Shown in pieces: positions 27,894 to 40,604 of a stretch of 64,000 bases of DNA. A model generated the notes under the pieces. It was not told the origin of the DNA and did no database searches. It saw only the letters and a list, made by a program, of their open reading frames with translations. Origin of the DNA: Octopus sinensis (Eukaryota). Positions within the stretch are counted from its first letter, which is position 1, and every line of letters begins with the position of its first letter. Made by a program: the position numbers and the translations under genes. The stretch is taken from assembly GCF_006345805.1 (NCBI RefSeq), contig NC_043021.1, positions 310,001 through 374,000 of the forward strand, read 5' to 3'.

Positions 27894-28633
27894 TTCCGTT
27901 AGTTGTTTACGTCATGTCTCCTTATGTCCCGTATCTTATTGGTTCGTTGGAGATCGATAAATTCACTGCATATCTGAAATGTGTACTTAGATCTCTACGA
28001 TCAGCCACAGGCCTTTAGGCACACAGCAACAATGTACTAGAGAACAGCGGCATTGTGGCTGAGGAACAGGGCACCACGAAAACTGTGGCACTGTGGTTCT
28101 TGGACAGCCCAGCACTAATGAACAGGTACATGGTGCCGCTGATGCACAGGTATAAGTTGGTACACAGGTTAAGTCATACAACAGTCCAAAGTCTCGTGCA
28201 CTCAGCGGCACTGATAATAGTGCACACAGTGGCACTTAAAGGAAAGAAACAGATCGCATCGCATTTTCGATTTAATCTCATCCAAACAATCGATTTCTAT
28301 AATGTTACAAACTTATCGATCTGTGTGACGTCAGGCTGAGAGATTCATTTCAATCTCTATCGATCACAGTTTTATGATTTAGATATTAGCTAAAGCCTTG
28401 CTCTCATTTGGTCTGTGTGGATTGAACGGTGATGGGTCAGAGGTCAAGAGTCATTGATAAATAGGATCTAGGATGAATGTGGGAGGTGTGGGGAGGGGTG
28501 GAAATATAAGCGGAACGGCTGGGTTGAGGAAAGGGTAGGAGGTGGAGGAAGCGAAAGAGGTAGAAGGGGAGTGGACAAAGGAATGAAATGTCTAAAAGGA
28601 ATATTCGTGTCTATGTATTTTGTATGTGTGTCG

Positions 28634-28671
<38 letters not shown>

Positions 28672-29053
28672 CTTTGCTTACTATATTATTTGTATCCATT
28701 CAAAAGACATTTGTCCAAGTGGCCATGTAGTAGGACTGAACAGGGAACAGCATAGTAGCCAAAATATTTGACCACATCTTGGCTGCCCCAAAGATGTCTG
28801 TGCCAGAGATGATGGTGAGAATATTCAAGACGATGGCAAGAATGATAATGGTCGTGGAATTTATGAAGTAAAAAGGTAAAGAGAAAGGGACAAGTGATGA
28901 TATTGTCGGTGTTTGATGTCAGGCCATGCCTGATCCAGCATAAACAATGATCAAAGACATTCCAGCCGTAACCATCCTGTCTATTATTCATACACAATAT
29001 TTTTAACACACACTTACTTATATATACATACATATATGTATATATATGTGTAT

Positions 29054-29450
29054 CAGGGACGTGCCGCCTAGGTAGGCAGGGTAGGCAGTGCCTACTTTGA
29101 ATAAAATAGATCGATAGCAACATTTTCCTTTTATGGCAAAATATGCGCCTAATTCAATAAAATTATGAAGTTACTCTGATTACTATGCATCGAATGCAAA
29201 ATATTTTATTTATTTATTCATTTATTTATTTAGATTAGGTAGACATAATTCGCCCCCGCTTTTCAATCTCAGTATTAAAGCTATGCATAGTACTGCTGTA
29301 GGGCATGTGCTGCGTACACTCCTGCGAGACCATTTTCTTTTCGTGCTATGAAGGCAGATGTAAATCTGCTTTCATCTCAGTCGCACGCCTATATTTCGCT
29401 TATTTTTGTGTGTGTTTTACTACATAAAGATCACCTACTGCCTACCCTAA
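29054..29450. mobile_element. hAT-like MITE candidate
   Basis: Begins CAGGGACGTGCCGCCTAGGTAGGCAGGGTAGGCAG; inverted CTGCCTACCC at 29438-29447; right terminus incomplete. Confidence 0.4.
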
Positions 29451-29489
29451 GTAATTACTAACGAGTATAACCAGCCGAAATTGCAAAGA

Positions 29490-29626
29490 TAATCTGGAAC
29501 TCGACTGAAGAAAGAAAACTCCGAATGACCTGTCCTTGTTTTCTTTGTATCGTCTATCTGGATTTTTTTATGTCCTTTTTTTTATCACCTAACTGTCTGG
29601 ATCTTTTGCATTCTTGTCCCATTTTG

Positions 29627-29712
<86 letters not shown>

Positions 29713-29990
29713 AGAGACCACGTGAGCGTGTGATATATATAAAGTTTACGAAAAAAACAAAAGACGAAGACAGGTGGTGTACAAAACAAACAGATGTATT
29801 AGTATAACGCTCAGGAATAGAAAAAGTCTTTTACGTTTCGAGCCTACGCTCATCTACAGAAAAGGATACAGAAAAAACAAGGAGAGAAACAAGGAAAGAA
29901 AAAAATGTGTGTAGTGGCTAACGATCAATCATGGCGACTTCTTTTTTGTTTTCGTAAACTTTCCCAATATATATATATTGTCCCATTTTG
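29490..29990. mobile_element. PLE-derived terminal remnants with inverted repeats
   Basis: IR AAAGTTTACGAAAA..CAAAAG (29741-63) vs CTTTTTTGTTTTCGTAAACTTT (29941-62); direct repeat TTGTCCCATTTTGTAT; hammerhead-like motifs at about 29505 (+) and 29828-29863 (-). Confidence 0.5.
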
Positions 29991-30010
29991 TATATATATA
30001 TATATCTTTT

Positions 30011-30378
30011 ATTTTTCACTTGTTTCAATCATTAGACTCCTGTCATGCTGAGGCAACACCTTGATGAATATCTAGTTGATCGAATCGACCCCATTACTTA
30101 TTGACTTTGTTATAAAAACCTCGTACTTATTCTATCGGTGTTTTATATTGCCGGAACGCTAAATTACGAGGACGTAAACAAGCCAACACCAGCTATCAAA
30201 TGGTGGCGGAGACAAACACAAACACAAAGACGCACGCGTATGACGGGCTTCTTTCAGTTTCTGACTACCAAATCCACTCACAAGACTTTGGTCGGCTCGA
30301 GAGTATGGTAGAAGACGCATGCCCAAGGTGCCACGAAGTGGAACTGAACGCGGAGCCACACAGCCACGCCTACGCCTA
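30011..30378 (-). mobile_element. SINE family A, near full length
   Basis: Minus strand GGCGTAGGCGTGGCTGTGTGG...GTTCAGTTCCACTTCGTGGCACCTTGGGCA...GAAAGAAGCCCGTC...CCGATAGAATAAGTAC...GACTGAAACAAG-like tail. Confidence 0.85.
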
Positions 30379-30437
30379 TGTAGTACTCATTCATAAATAT
30401 ATACACACACACACATATATACAGTATATATATATAT

Positions 30438-30469
<32 letters not shown>

Positions 30470-30824
30470 GAGTGTGTCTGTGTGTGTGTGTGTGTGGTGT
30501 GTATGCATGTATATATATATATACATACACAAACACGCACACACACGTACGCATACGTACACACACACACACACCACACATACACACCACACACACACAC
30601 ACACACATACATATACACTCATATATATAATATGTCTATGCATGCCGTATATACGAGAAGGTGCAATAAATGTATGAATCTGGGAGGGGGATATGTTGAA
30701 TAAAATCATAATTAACTGACCCAACTGTATTTTCTTTTACCCAAAGCAAGGAACGTTCCAGCCCTCCCTCGTGTATATATATATTATATATATATATATA
30801 TATATAGTATATATGTGTGTGTGT

Positions 30825-30863
<39 letters not shown>

Positions 30864-31330
30864 TAATGGAAGAGGAAAACAAAACCAAAGCTTATCAGAT
30901 CATTTTAAAATATTTCAATTAATAATGTGAATCAAAGTAACGAAGAGTTACCGTTCCTTACTTTGGTTCACCTTTACATTAATTAAAGTATTTCTAAATG
31001 ATCTGATAAGCTTGACCTGCCTTTGTTTTGTTTCCCACTTCCTTTAATCTATAGCCGCTGATTCGGAAGCTATCCACGGATCCGTTGTGAACTTGGATCC
31101 TAACGGATTACCGATTACATCATTTACACAGCGTACTTGTTGGTTTGGATCATCAGTGACCTAAACCCTTCTTATCCTCTCTCTCTCTATCTCTCTCTCT
31201 ATATATATATACATGTATATAAATATATATATATACGAACGGACGGGTAAGATGATAGATAAATAAATAGATGAATTGATAGATAGATGAATTGATAGAT
31301 AGATAGATAGATAGATAGATGGATGGATAG

Positions 31331-31382
<52 letters not shown>

Positions 31383-32839
31383 TTAAAGAGACAGGTGGGT
31401 CGATACATAGGTAAGTGGATTGGTAAATAGGTTGGTAGGTGAAAAATGAAAGGAAGGAAGGAAGGAAGGAAAGAAAGAAAAAAGAAAGAAAGAATGAAAG
31501 AAGAAAGAAAGAAAGAGAGAGAGAAAGGGAAAAAGAAAGAAAGGGAGAAGCGTGTGGTTGAGTGATTAAGAGAAAGAAAGTGTTGAGTAATTGAATGAAA
31601 AAGAAGAAATGATCTGTTCTTAATTACATCGTCTGTATCACCTGTAGAAACGAACAGAAAGAAGAGAAAATGTATGACGGTGACGGAGAGGCTCGCAACA
31701 TTTTGAAAGAAAAAATATCAAAGAAAGAATATGAAAAGAAAACGGAAACGATGAAATCAGAAGCAAGTTTATTTTTTTACCTTTACCATAAAAGATTTCC
31801 TCACAAATGACTCCGATGTAACAAAAAAACCAACAGTTACATCAGTAATTATAGAACATAAAGCAAAGAGGAGGAGACGAGAGAGGACGGTTGTTGTGAT
31901 GATAGGGGTGGTGGTGGTGGTAGGAATGGTGGTCGTGATGACGGAAAAATTTCAAGAACACAAGAGTGTACAACTTAAGGAATGGCTGAACGCGAATGTA
32001 TTCTAAGAACAACGTCTGTCAAATTGTTCATATGAAATACAGAAACATACACACGCTTACAAGAAATAGATATGTAGATATAAATAATACATTATGGGTG
32101 CATATACGTATATATGTATATGTGTGTGTGTGTGGTGCGTGTGTGTAGGTATGTATATATGTATATATGTATATATATATGTATATATGTGTGTGTGTAT
32201 GTATGTATATGTATGTATTTATACATGTGTGTGCATGTACATATATATATATATACATGCATACACGTGTATACATATACGTATGTGTGTGTGTGTATAA
32301 ATACAAACACGCACAAACGCGCGTGCGCACATTAATATATTTTTCTTATTTTGCTTCCGACTAAAAAAAGACAGAACCACTTCGTTTCCAATAAAGACAA
32401 TCAGAGGTTTTGTCTATGAATGTTGTGCAAATATTCAATAACGCATCTATTAGTTGACAACTTGATTGGTAGATGTCGCTGCTGTGTATACTGATATATC
32501 GTTACTTTTCTCATAAACTGATACTCTTATGAACCAGGATGGCATCCTCTATGTAGTCGTGCCACTCCTAGAAATAGCAACAAAACTTCCCTGGATCAAT
32601 GCACCATATCAAACATAATTTTGTTTAAGACTACGCTGGTTGACATATATGATATCTGAATAAAAGACAGGATGGTCGTGGTACTAAGTCGGCTTTAACC
32701 GATAGAACTGATAAAAACATTCTCTTCATTAGGGTCCGTCATTTTCTGTTCCCATCAACAGCGTTTTAATCATCGTCGTCGTCAACATCATCACAATAAG
32801 CTTGTTGGTTACCGTTGTTATCAATCTCTTCTTTTGTCC

Positions 32840-33042
32840 GGAGCTGGCAGAATCGTTAGCACGATGGACACTTAGAGAAATTTTGTCTTCTCATTCTGAG
32901 TTCAAATTCCGCTGAGGTCGACTTTGCCTTTCACCTTTTTCGAATCCGATAACAGTAAGTACCGATTGAGTACTGACGGTCGAGGTAATCGACTTTCCCC
33001 ACTCTTCCAAAATTGCTGGCCTTGTGCCAAAATTAGAAGCAT

Positions 33043-33085
<43 letters not shown>

Positions 33086-33297
33086 GGCGGTGAACTGGCA
33101 GAATCGTTAGGAGGCCGGCCGAAATGCTTATCGGTCTTTCGTCCGTCTTTACGTTCTCAGTTCAAATTCTGCCGAGGTCGGCTTTGCCTTCCATCCTTTC
33201 AGGGTCGATAAATTAATTACAAGTTGAGCACGGAGGTCGATGTAATCGGCTTCTCCTCTCCCCCAAAATTGCTGGCCTTGTGGCAAAATTTGAAACT
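32840..33297 (+). mobile_element. Tandem pair of SINE family B (32840-33043, 33084-33297) separated by (ATT)n
   Basis: Each has the CTGGCAGAATCGTTAG head, TCAGTTCAAATTC B-box and AAAATTGCTGGCCTTGTG.CAAAATT.GAA tail. Confidence 0.88.
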
Positions 33298-33306
33298 AGT
33301 AGTAGT

Positions 33307-33347
<41 letters not shown>

Positions 33348-34919
33348 TTTTACTTACTAAGGAACAAGAAAATACGCAGATTTTGGGCTCTAAGTTTTAG
33401 ATTAAATATACCATTTTTCCCACCTTTTAGATTAATAGTTGCCAGATGCTATTCACCATTGAACAGAGGAGTATATCCGCTTCATCTGGGTGTAGTTAGT
33501 TTCATGTAAGCCCTATTAGGGTGCCGAAGGTTTGGAATTATTTTGAATCGACGGAAGCTTACTGATGGCTCTGAACGATTTCATAATAATATTCGACGCA
33601 ACAAGACAGGAGAATGAGGAATTTTTTTTTTTTTTAATTCTATAGCAGAAGTAGCAACAAGTGTATTCTCTTTTGCAAAGTCGAGAGATGTTGAGGTTAG
33701 AAATAATGTCGTTGTCATGGCAACAAAAACAAAGGTAAATAATGAAACAGCAGACACAAAGGCAAATAATGAAATAGTATCACCACCACCACAACCACCA
33801 CCACGTCCAGCAACAACAACAATAACAACACGGAGGAAAATAATTGCAAAAAAAATCAAAACCGACAATAGTAACCACAGCACTAACAACAGCAAGGATT
33901 TCTCAAGCCTGGAAATCCCGATCGAGATAAAGTACATTAACAACAACAACAAAGCCACTTTCTCAGTCATTCCAATAACAATTTCGCCACTCCGCCTTCA
34001 CCACTGTCACATTCACTGTGGCTTCTGAAAACCATCCGACCCTCACCACCCAAACCACTGCCAACAACAGCAACAAATGCAGCGAGAACACAAAGGGCGA
34101 ATTTCTCAGATTAACAACCTTAAATAATAGTAGTCACAACAACGCTGGTACAATCAATGCCTCTTCTACCTCTACCTCAACCAGTGGAGGATTCTGGAGC
34201 AGCAGGAATGACACAAAGTTGGTTACATCATTTGAAGGGACCAGTCCAAAATAGTTGAAAAACGGGAAAACTGAAACGATCGCAACAACGCGTTGATTTT
34301 GAAAACAAAAATGTTTTTTTGCAGGCTCCACATGATTTTTCGAAAAACAAAAACAGTCAGGGGATCGACGGTATTCCGTTGTGCGTTGGTTAATACTAGT
34401 GAGTGTAAATGGCAACTCAGGCCCAAATAAAAATATACTTGAGAGGAATTTGGAGGGTTTTGGAGTGTTATCAACTCCAACCAGACGATAAGCAATGTCG
34501 AGGTTAGAGTCTCCTATGATAGTCTATTGTGCCATTGGGGAGGTGTGTGGTGCAGATTAAAATTTCGAACGTACCGACAGAATTGGACATCTTGTGAGAG
34601 GGAGCACGTGCTGCTATGGAAGGAGCTGATTCCTTTGTTCAAATTCAAAAAACATCAACAGGAAAAATTATCGGAAATTGGGTTGCAACTTATCCAAGTC
34701 AAAGCAGGAAACTATGAACAAAACTCTGAATGATATAGAACGTTTAACTAGACAAAACCAGCGGAAGAAGACTGTGATGCTGTTTATGTGGTACTACCAA
34801 CCATTTGAATGAAAGTGAGGTGGCGGGGACGTGCTGTTCTCCAATGAATTTATTGAAAAGTGGATGAAAGTGGCGAAAATAGCATAATTTCATCTCACCT
34901 CTCTAAATATAATCCTGTA

Positions 34920-35110
34920 AGCCGGAGAGCAATAATCAAGAGAAAATGCTTAGCAGCATTTCGTTCTGCGCGCAAATTCTGGCGAGGTCGGTTGTGCCTC
35001 TCATCGTTTCGGAGTCAATAAAATAAGTACCAGTCGAGCACTGGGCTACATGTAATCGAATTAATCACTCCCTCGGCATTGCTGGCTTTGTGCCATACTT
35101 TGAAATCCTC
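34920..35110 (+). mobile_element. SINE family B, degenerate
   Basis: AAATGCTTAGCAGCATTTCG...GAGGTCG...AATAAGTACCAGTCGAGCACTGGG...TTGCTGGCTTTGTGCC. Confidence 0.7.
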
Positions 35111-35243
35111 AACATCATCATCATTTGTGTTATCTTTTTTTTATGTGTGTGTACTGTAACTCGTCCTTCAATATTGTCCTCAATGTCTTGGGTCCATGTG
35201 GCCAATAAAAGAAATCGTTATTATAATTATTATTGTTATTATA

Positions 35244-35658
35244 GGTGTAGGAGTGGCTGTGTGGTAAGTAACTTGCTTACCAACCACATGGTTCCGGGTT
35301 CAGTCCCACTGCGTGGCATCTTTGCAAAGTGACTTCTATTATAGCTTCGAGCCGACCAAAGCATTGTGAGTGGATTTGGTAGACGGAAACTGAAAGAAGC
35401 CCGTCGTATATATGTATATACTTGTATGTATGTTTATATGTTTGTATGTCTGTGTTTGTCCCCGCCAAAATCGCTTGACAACCGATGCTGGTTTTTACGT
35501 GCTTGCGTCCCCGTAACTTAGCGGTTCAGCAAAAGAGACCGATAGAATAAGTACTAGGCTTACAAAGAATAAGTCCTGGGGTCGATTTTCTCGACTAGGC
35601 GGCGCTCCAGCATGGCCACAGTCAAATGACAGAAACAAGTAAAAGAGTAAAAGAGTAA
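35244..35658 (+). mobile_element. SINE family A, full length
   Basis: tRNA-like head with A/B boxes, CORE-like segment, internal (TATG)-like tract, tail CCAGCATGGCCACAGTCAAATGACAGAAACAAG and (TAAAAGAG)n end. Confidence 0.9.
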
Positions 35659-35681
35659 ATGATTTTTATTATCATTATTAT

Positions 35682-35758
<77 letters not shown>

Positions 35759-36316
35759 TTATTACGTTTCAACAGTTTTCTCTCCATTGCTACCGCATCA
35801 CCAGTAACCGCCCTCCCGTTTCACCACACCGTTGTCTTTAGGGAAATGTACGAATGTGTTTGTATTTAATAGAAAGTTCTGGTATTTCTTTAGTTATTTT
35901 CGTGTCTTGTCTGTTGTGTGACGGATACAACATATAGTTTGTGTAGCTTTGCTGTGTGGTGTCTGTGTTGTGTACATTTTGCATGATTTGCACTGTGTAT
36001 TTTTAAGATCAAGATTCTATATGTGAGCGTGTATGCATATGCATATATATATGCATATATATGTATACATATATATACACATATATATGTATATATATAT
36101 ATACATATATATATATATGTATATATATGCATATATATATACATATATGTACATATATATATATGTATACATATATATACATAAATAAATATATGCATAT
36201 ATATATGATACATATATATATATATTGATATATACATAATATATATGTGTGTGTGTTTGAGTCTGTGTGTTTGAGTTTGTATGTGTGTGTATATGTATAT
36301 GTCTATGTGTGTGTGC

Positions 36317-36355
<39 letters not shown>

Positions 36356-36663
36356 TGTGCGCGCGTGTGTGGTATAAAAGCATTAAAGTATTACCTATTT
36401 CTGTCAGGTAATAATAGAAATTAAATTTTATACAAATTACACAAATTAAATTTTTTGTTTAATATTTTGTGTTTTTGGCCACCCGAAGGAATAATCAGCG
36501 AATATGTTCAGGTGAGATAGTGCGCAAATTTGACAGCTTGCTGTCATGTGACATAAAACGGCTGATTTGAAAGAAGAAGTATCTACTAATTCTCTTAAAG
36601 ATTAAGAATTAAAACATACACACGCACACCCACATACACATACACCTCCAAAGGGACATATAC

Positions 36664-36704
<41 letters not shown>

Positions 36705-37053
36705 TCTCTCTCTCTCTCTCTCTCTCAACAGATAGACAGATAGAGATAGATAAATAGAAAGACAAACAGAGAAAGAAAGAGACAGACAGACTGATAAAGA
36801 AATGAAGAGATATTGCAGAATTCAATGAATAAAGGTAGACTATCTGTAAATAAATCTTGACTCAAAATCGCTCAAAATCGGCAAATGTCCAATTCGATCT
36901 TATGGCTTTTTAAGTCTTAGAATTGCTGGATAAATTTCTAAATTTTTCTAAGAGGAGTGCTATAAAAATTCTTATCACTTGCTCAAAACAGTTGTTTAAT
37001 TGCTAGAAATGTATGCATAAGAAACGAGTATATGGACGCACACACAAACATAC

Positions 37054-37141
<88 letters not shown>

Positions 37142-37185
37142 ATGTATATGTGTGTGTATTAATGTTTGTTTTTATGTGTTGTTAT

Positions 37186-37400
37186 AATGATTTCAAATTT
37201 AGACACAAGGCCACCACTTTCTAGGAAGGAGATAATTTGATTACATTGCACCCAGTGTTCGATTCAAACTTATTTTATCGACCCCGAAAGGACAACAGGC
37301 AAAGTCGACCTTGCTAGCATTAGAACACAGAACGTAAAGGCGGACGAAATACCGCTAGACATTTTGCCTAGCGTGCTAACGACTCGGCCAGGTCGTCTTT
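37186..37400 (-). mobile_element. SINE family B, full length
   Basis: Minus strand CCTGGCCGAGTCGTTAGCACG...GGTCGACTTTGCC..TCCTTTCGGGGTCGATAAAATAAG...GGCCTTGTGTCTAAATTTGAAATC. Confidence 0.8.
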
Positions 37401-37638
37401 CATAATAATAATGGTTTGTAATTTTGTAATAAAAACAATTTTGCATAATTCTGAAGAGTAACTCCATTCTTTTGTAGAGTACAAATTTACTATTCATTTG
37501 CAAAATCAGTATTAATAGTGACTTTGAAGTTTCGACCAACTAAACCATCAATCAACAGTTCGATGATGACTTAGCAGGCCGACACTTCCGAAATCACTGT
37601 CAATACTGATTTTGTTAAAGAATAATAACTATATATAT

Positions 37639-37704
<66 letters not shown>

Positions 37705-37713
37705 ATATATATA

Positions 37714-37756
<43 letters not shown>

Positions 37757-38128
37757 GTGTGTGGTGTGGTGTGTGTGTGTGTGTGTGTGTGTGTTGGTGT
37801 GTATGTATGTACGTATGTATGTACGTATGTTGTATGTATGTATGTATGTATGTATGTATGTATGTATGTATGTATGTATGTATGTATGCATGCATGTATG
37901 TATGTGTATACGTAATATATAAATAGATATAGGTATATTTAAAGAAATATTTTCCTAAATGTTATTAACTATTTTTGAAATACAAAATACCACAAACCTT
38001 TTGGGAGGAGGTTTTCCTGTTGTGTGTATTTTGTGTGTAAGCGCTTTCGTTGTTGAACTTTTCAAACACGTGTTTGAAAATCTTTCTTTAGATATTGTGA
38101 CACACCCAAACACGCACACGCACGTGTG

Positions 38129-38170
<42 letters not shown>

Positions 38171-40214
38171 ATTGCATGTATATGTGCGTGTGTACACGCA
38201 CACACAACCACACACAAATGTCCTCTCACAATCACTGGTTTCAGCCATTGTACTATGCTCATGAACCCCACCTTTCAAGATATTCAATCATATCAATATC
38301 TGTCCCCATTCTATTTGTATTGATTTTATCGAAACCTTATTGTTGGATCGCTAGGTCACAGCCTTGACATAGATTGACTGCACTAAATGACACCACCCCT
38401 AGCGATACCATGATTTTACTCTTCAGTAAAACACGTATACACTCACCAACAAACATATTCAACACACAACGTGGCGGGATAACTGTTGCTGTGCAGGGAA
38501 AGAGCAACTGGTTCAACTGATTTCCATATCTAACCTGGTTGTGTTTCGGGTAAACAAGCTGTCACCAAAATACCACCAGCTGTTTTAATATCACTATCAT
38601 CTTATCAACTCAAGTATTCGTCCTCGCCCAACACAATCACCTGCCACCTTTGGGTGTCCGTAAGTGGTGTCTTTAGATGAGTCGAATTTATTAGAGCCAT
38701 GTCGCCCCTATCTCAGTTGAACCGCACCCAACAGTTTCCTCTAGACGTAAACAATAAAGTGCAATCACTGACACTAAATAAAGATTAACAGACACATAAA
38801 CACACACACACATACAGACATGTACACAACTAACACAATAATTATAACATACACACACCCGCACACACAAACACGCATGCACGCAGACGCGCACACATAC
38901 GCACTCACACACGCACACACACAATGAGTCAAATTCACGTAAACACAAACACGATGTAGTCCTGCAGTTGCAACGATACTAACTACATGTACACACGTAC
39001 CAACTCGCATGCACCATCCGTCAACACTCATACGTGCACCTGTACATACATGCATGTGTAGCTACATATACACTTATGTGTCCCTTTAAACATGCTTATA
39101 GATGTGTGTGCGTGTGTGTGGGTATGTACCCAGTTGTTAGCTGATTGAAGCACGTTCACTTCTTATGGCTACCTGGGGTCACCCATGGTATTTTCACAAC
39201 TGCCGCTGGATCTTCCTCGGGAATTTCTCAATGATCATTCAGTACAAAACGAATGATAGAGACGGAAAATGGAATATGGAATATACGAGAAACTTTATTG
39301 CTCCCGACGATCCTTTCCACCCAACCCCCATCGATCATTCGTGGGTGGGAGACTGCGCATGTGTTTGTGGTCCTCATTTCCTTCTGATCAAAGCTACTTT
39401 CACCTTAGGTCAATGAAGCGAAGCATCTTTTAGAAGCTATCAATCTCGCATGTATGCGTGCATGCGTGTGTGTGTCTGTCTGTGTGAGTGTGTACGTAAT
39501 TGAGTGTGTACGTGAGTGTGCGTGAGTGTGTGTTTACGATGCATGCATGGTCTTATATGTTGGCGTAGCGCACGCGTGAAAGTGTATGTATACATACATA
39601 CGTACAAACATATATATGCTTGTGTGTATGTATGTGTGTGTGCGCGCGGGCAGCGCGTATGCGTGTGTGCGTGGGTGTGTATGTATCTGTATATACATAT
39701 ATAGAGAGACAGACAGACAGTCCGACAGACAGATAGGCGGGCTGAGAAATTCTCTATAATTTTACAAGTTTAAGGGTTTCGGTCAATTATTATCGATCAA
39801 AATGTTTAGTTCTATTTATGGAACGACTGTAGGAAACCACACCACCGCACCCTGCCCACCTCCGTCCCTTTTAACGAGAAACCATCACCAAAGCAATTTA
39901 CGCTGTTCTACACAAGTATAAAGCCAACAAGAGTTTGTATTTCTCTTATATTCTATATTCGGTAAGCAGTTTAAAGAATTAATACTGTTTTGAGTCTTAA
40001 GTTGTGATCAGATTCGCTAAGGAATCAAAACAGTATTAATTCTCTAAACCACACACACATAATGTAAAACACACACACACACACACACAAATGCACACAT
40101 ATTTGTGAGAATACACGAAACTTTTGACCCTTGAGTCACTTTCTAACTTCTGCCGATTAAATACTCATGTCTTTAGTTTTGTATTCTTGTTTATGTTATC
40201 AAACCTATTTATAT

Positions 40215-40595
40215 TCTTTTATTTGTTTCAGTCATTTGACTGCGGTCATACTGGAGCACCGCGTTTAGTCGAACAAATCGACCCAGGATTTATTCTATGT
40301 AAGCCTAATACTTACTCTATCGGTCTCTTTGGCCGAACCGGTAAGTTACTGGGAAGTAAACATACCAACATCATTTGTCAAGTGATGGTGGGGGTACAAA
40401 CATAGACACACAAGTACATATATACATATATATATATGACGGGCTTCTCTCAGCCTCCGTCTACCAAATCCACTCACAAGGCTTTGGTCGGCCCGAAGTA
40501 GAAGACACTTGCCAAGGTGCCACGCAGTTGGACTGAACCCGGAACCATGTGGTTGGGAATCAAGGTTCTTACCACACAGCCACTCCTGCGCCTAC
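40215..40595 (-). mobile_element. SINE family A, full length
   Basis: Minus strand GTAGGCGCAGGAGTGGCTGTGTGGTAAG...GGTTCAGTCCAACTGCGTGGCACCTTGGCAAG...tail CAGTCAAATGACTGAAACAAAT. Confidence 0.9.
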
Positions 40596-40604
40596 ATGTA
40601 TAAT

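Noticed and set aside
39165-39416. 83-aa ORF MATWGHPWYFHNC...
   Set aside because: Its central part aligns to the PLE terminal repeat at 8600-8720, so it is repeat-derived.
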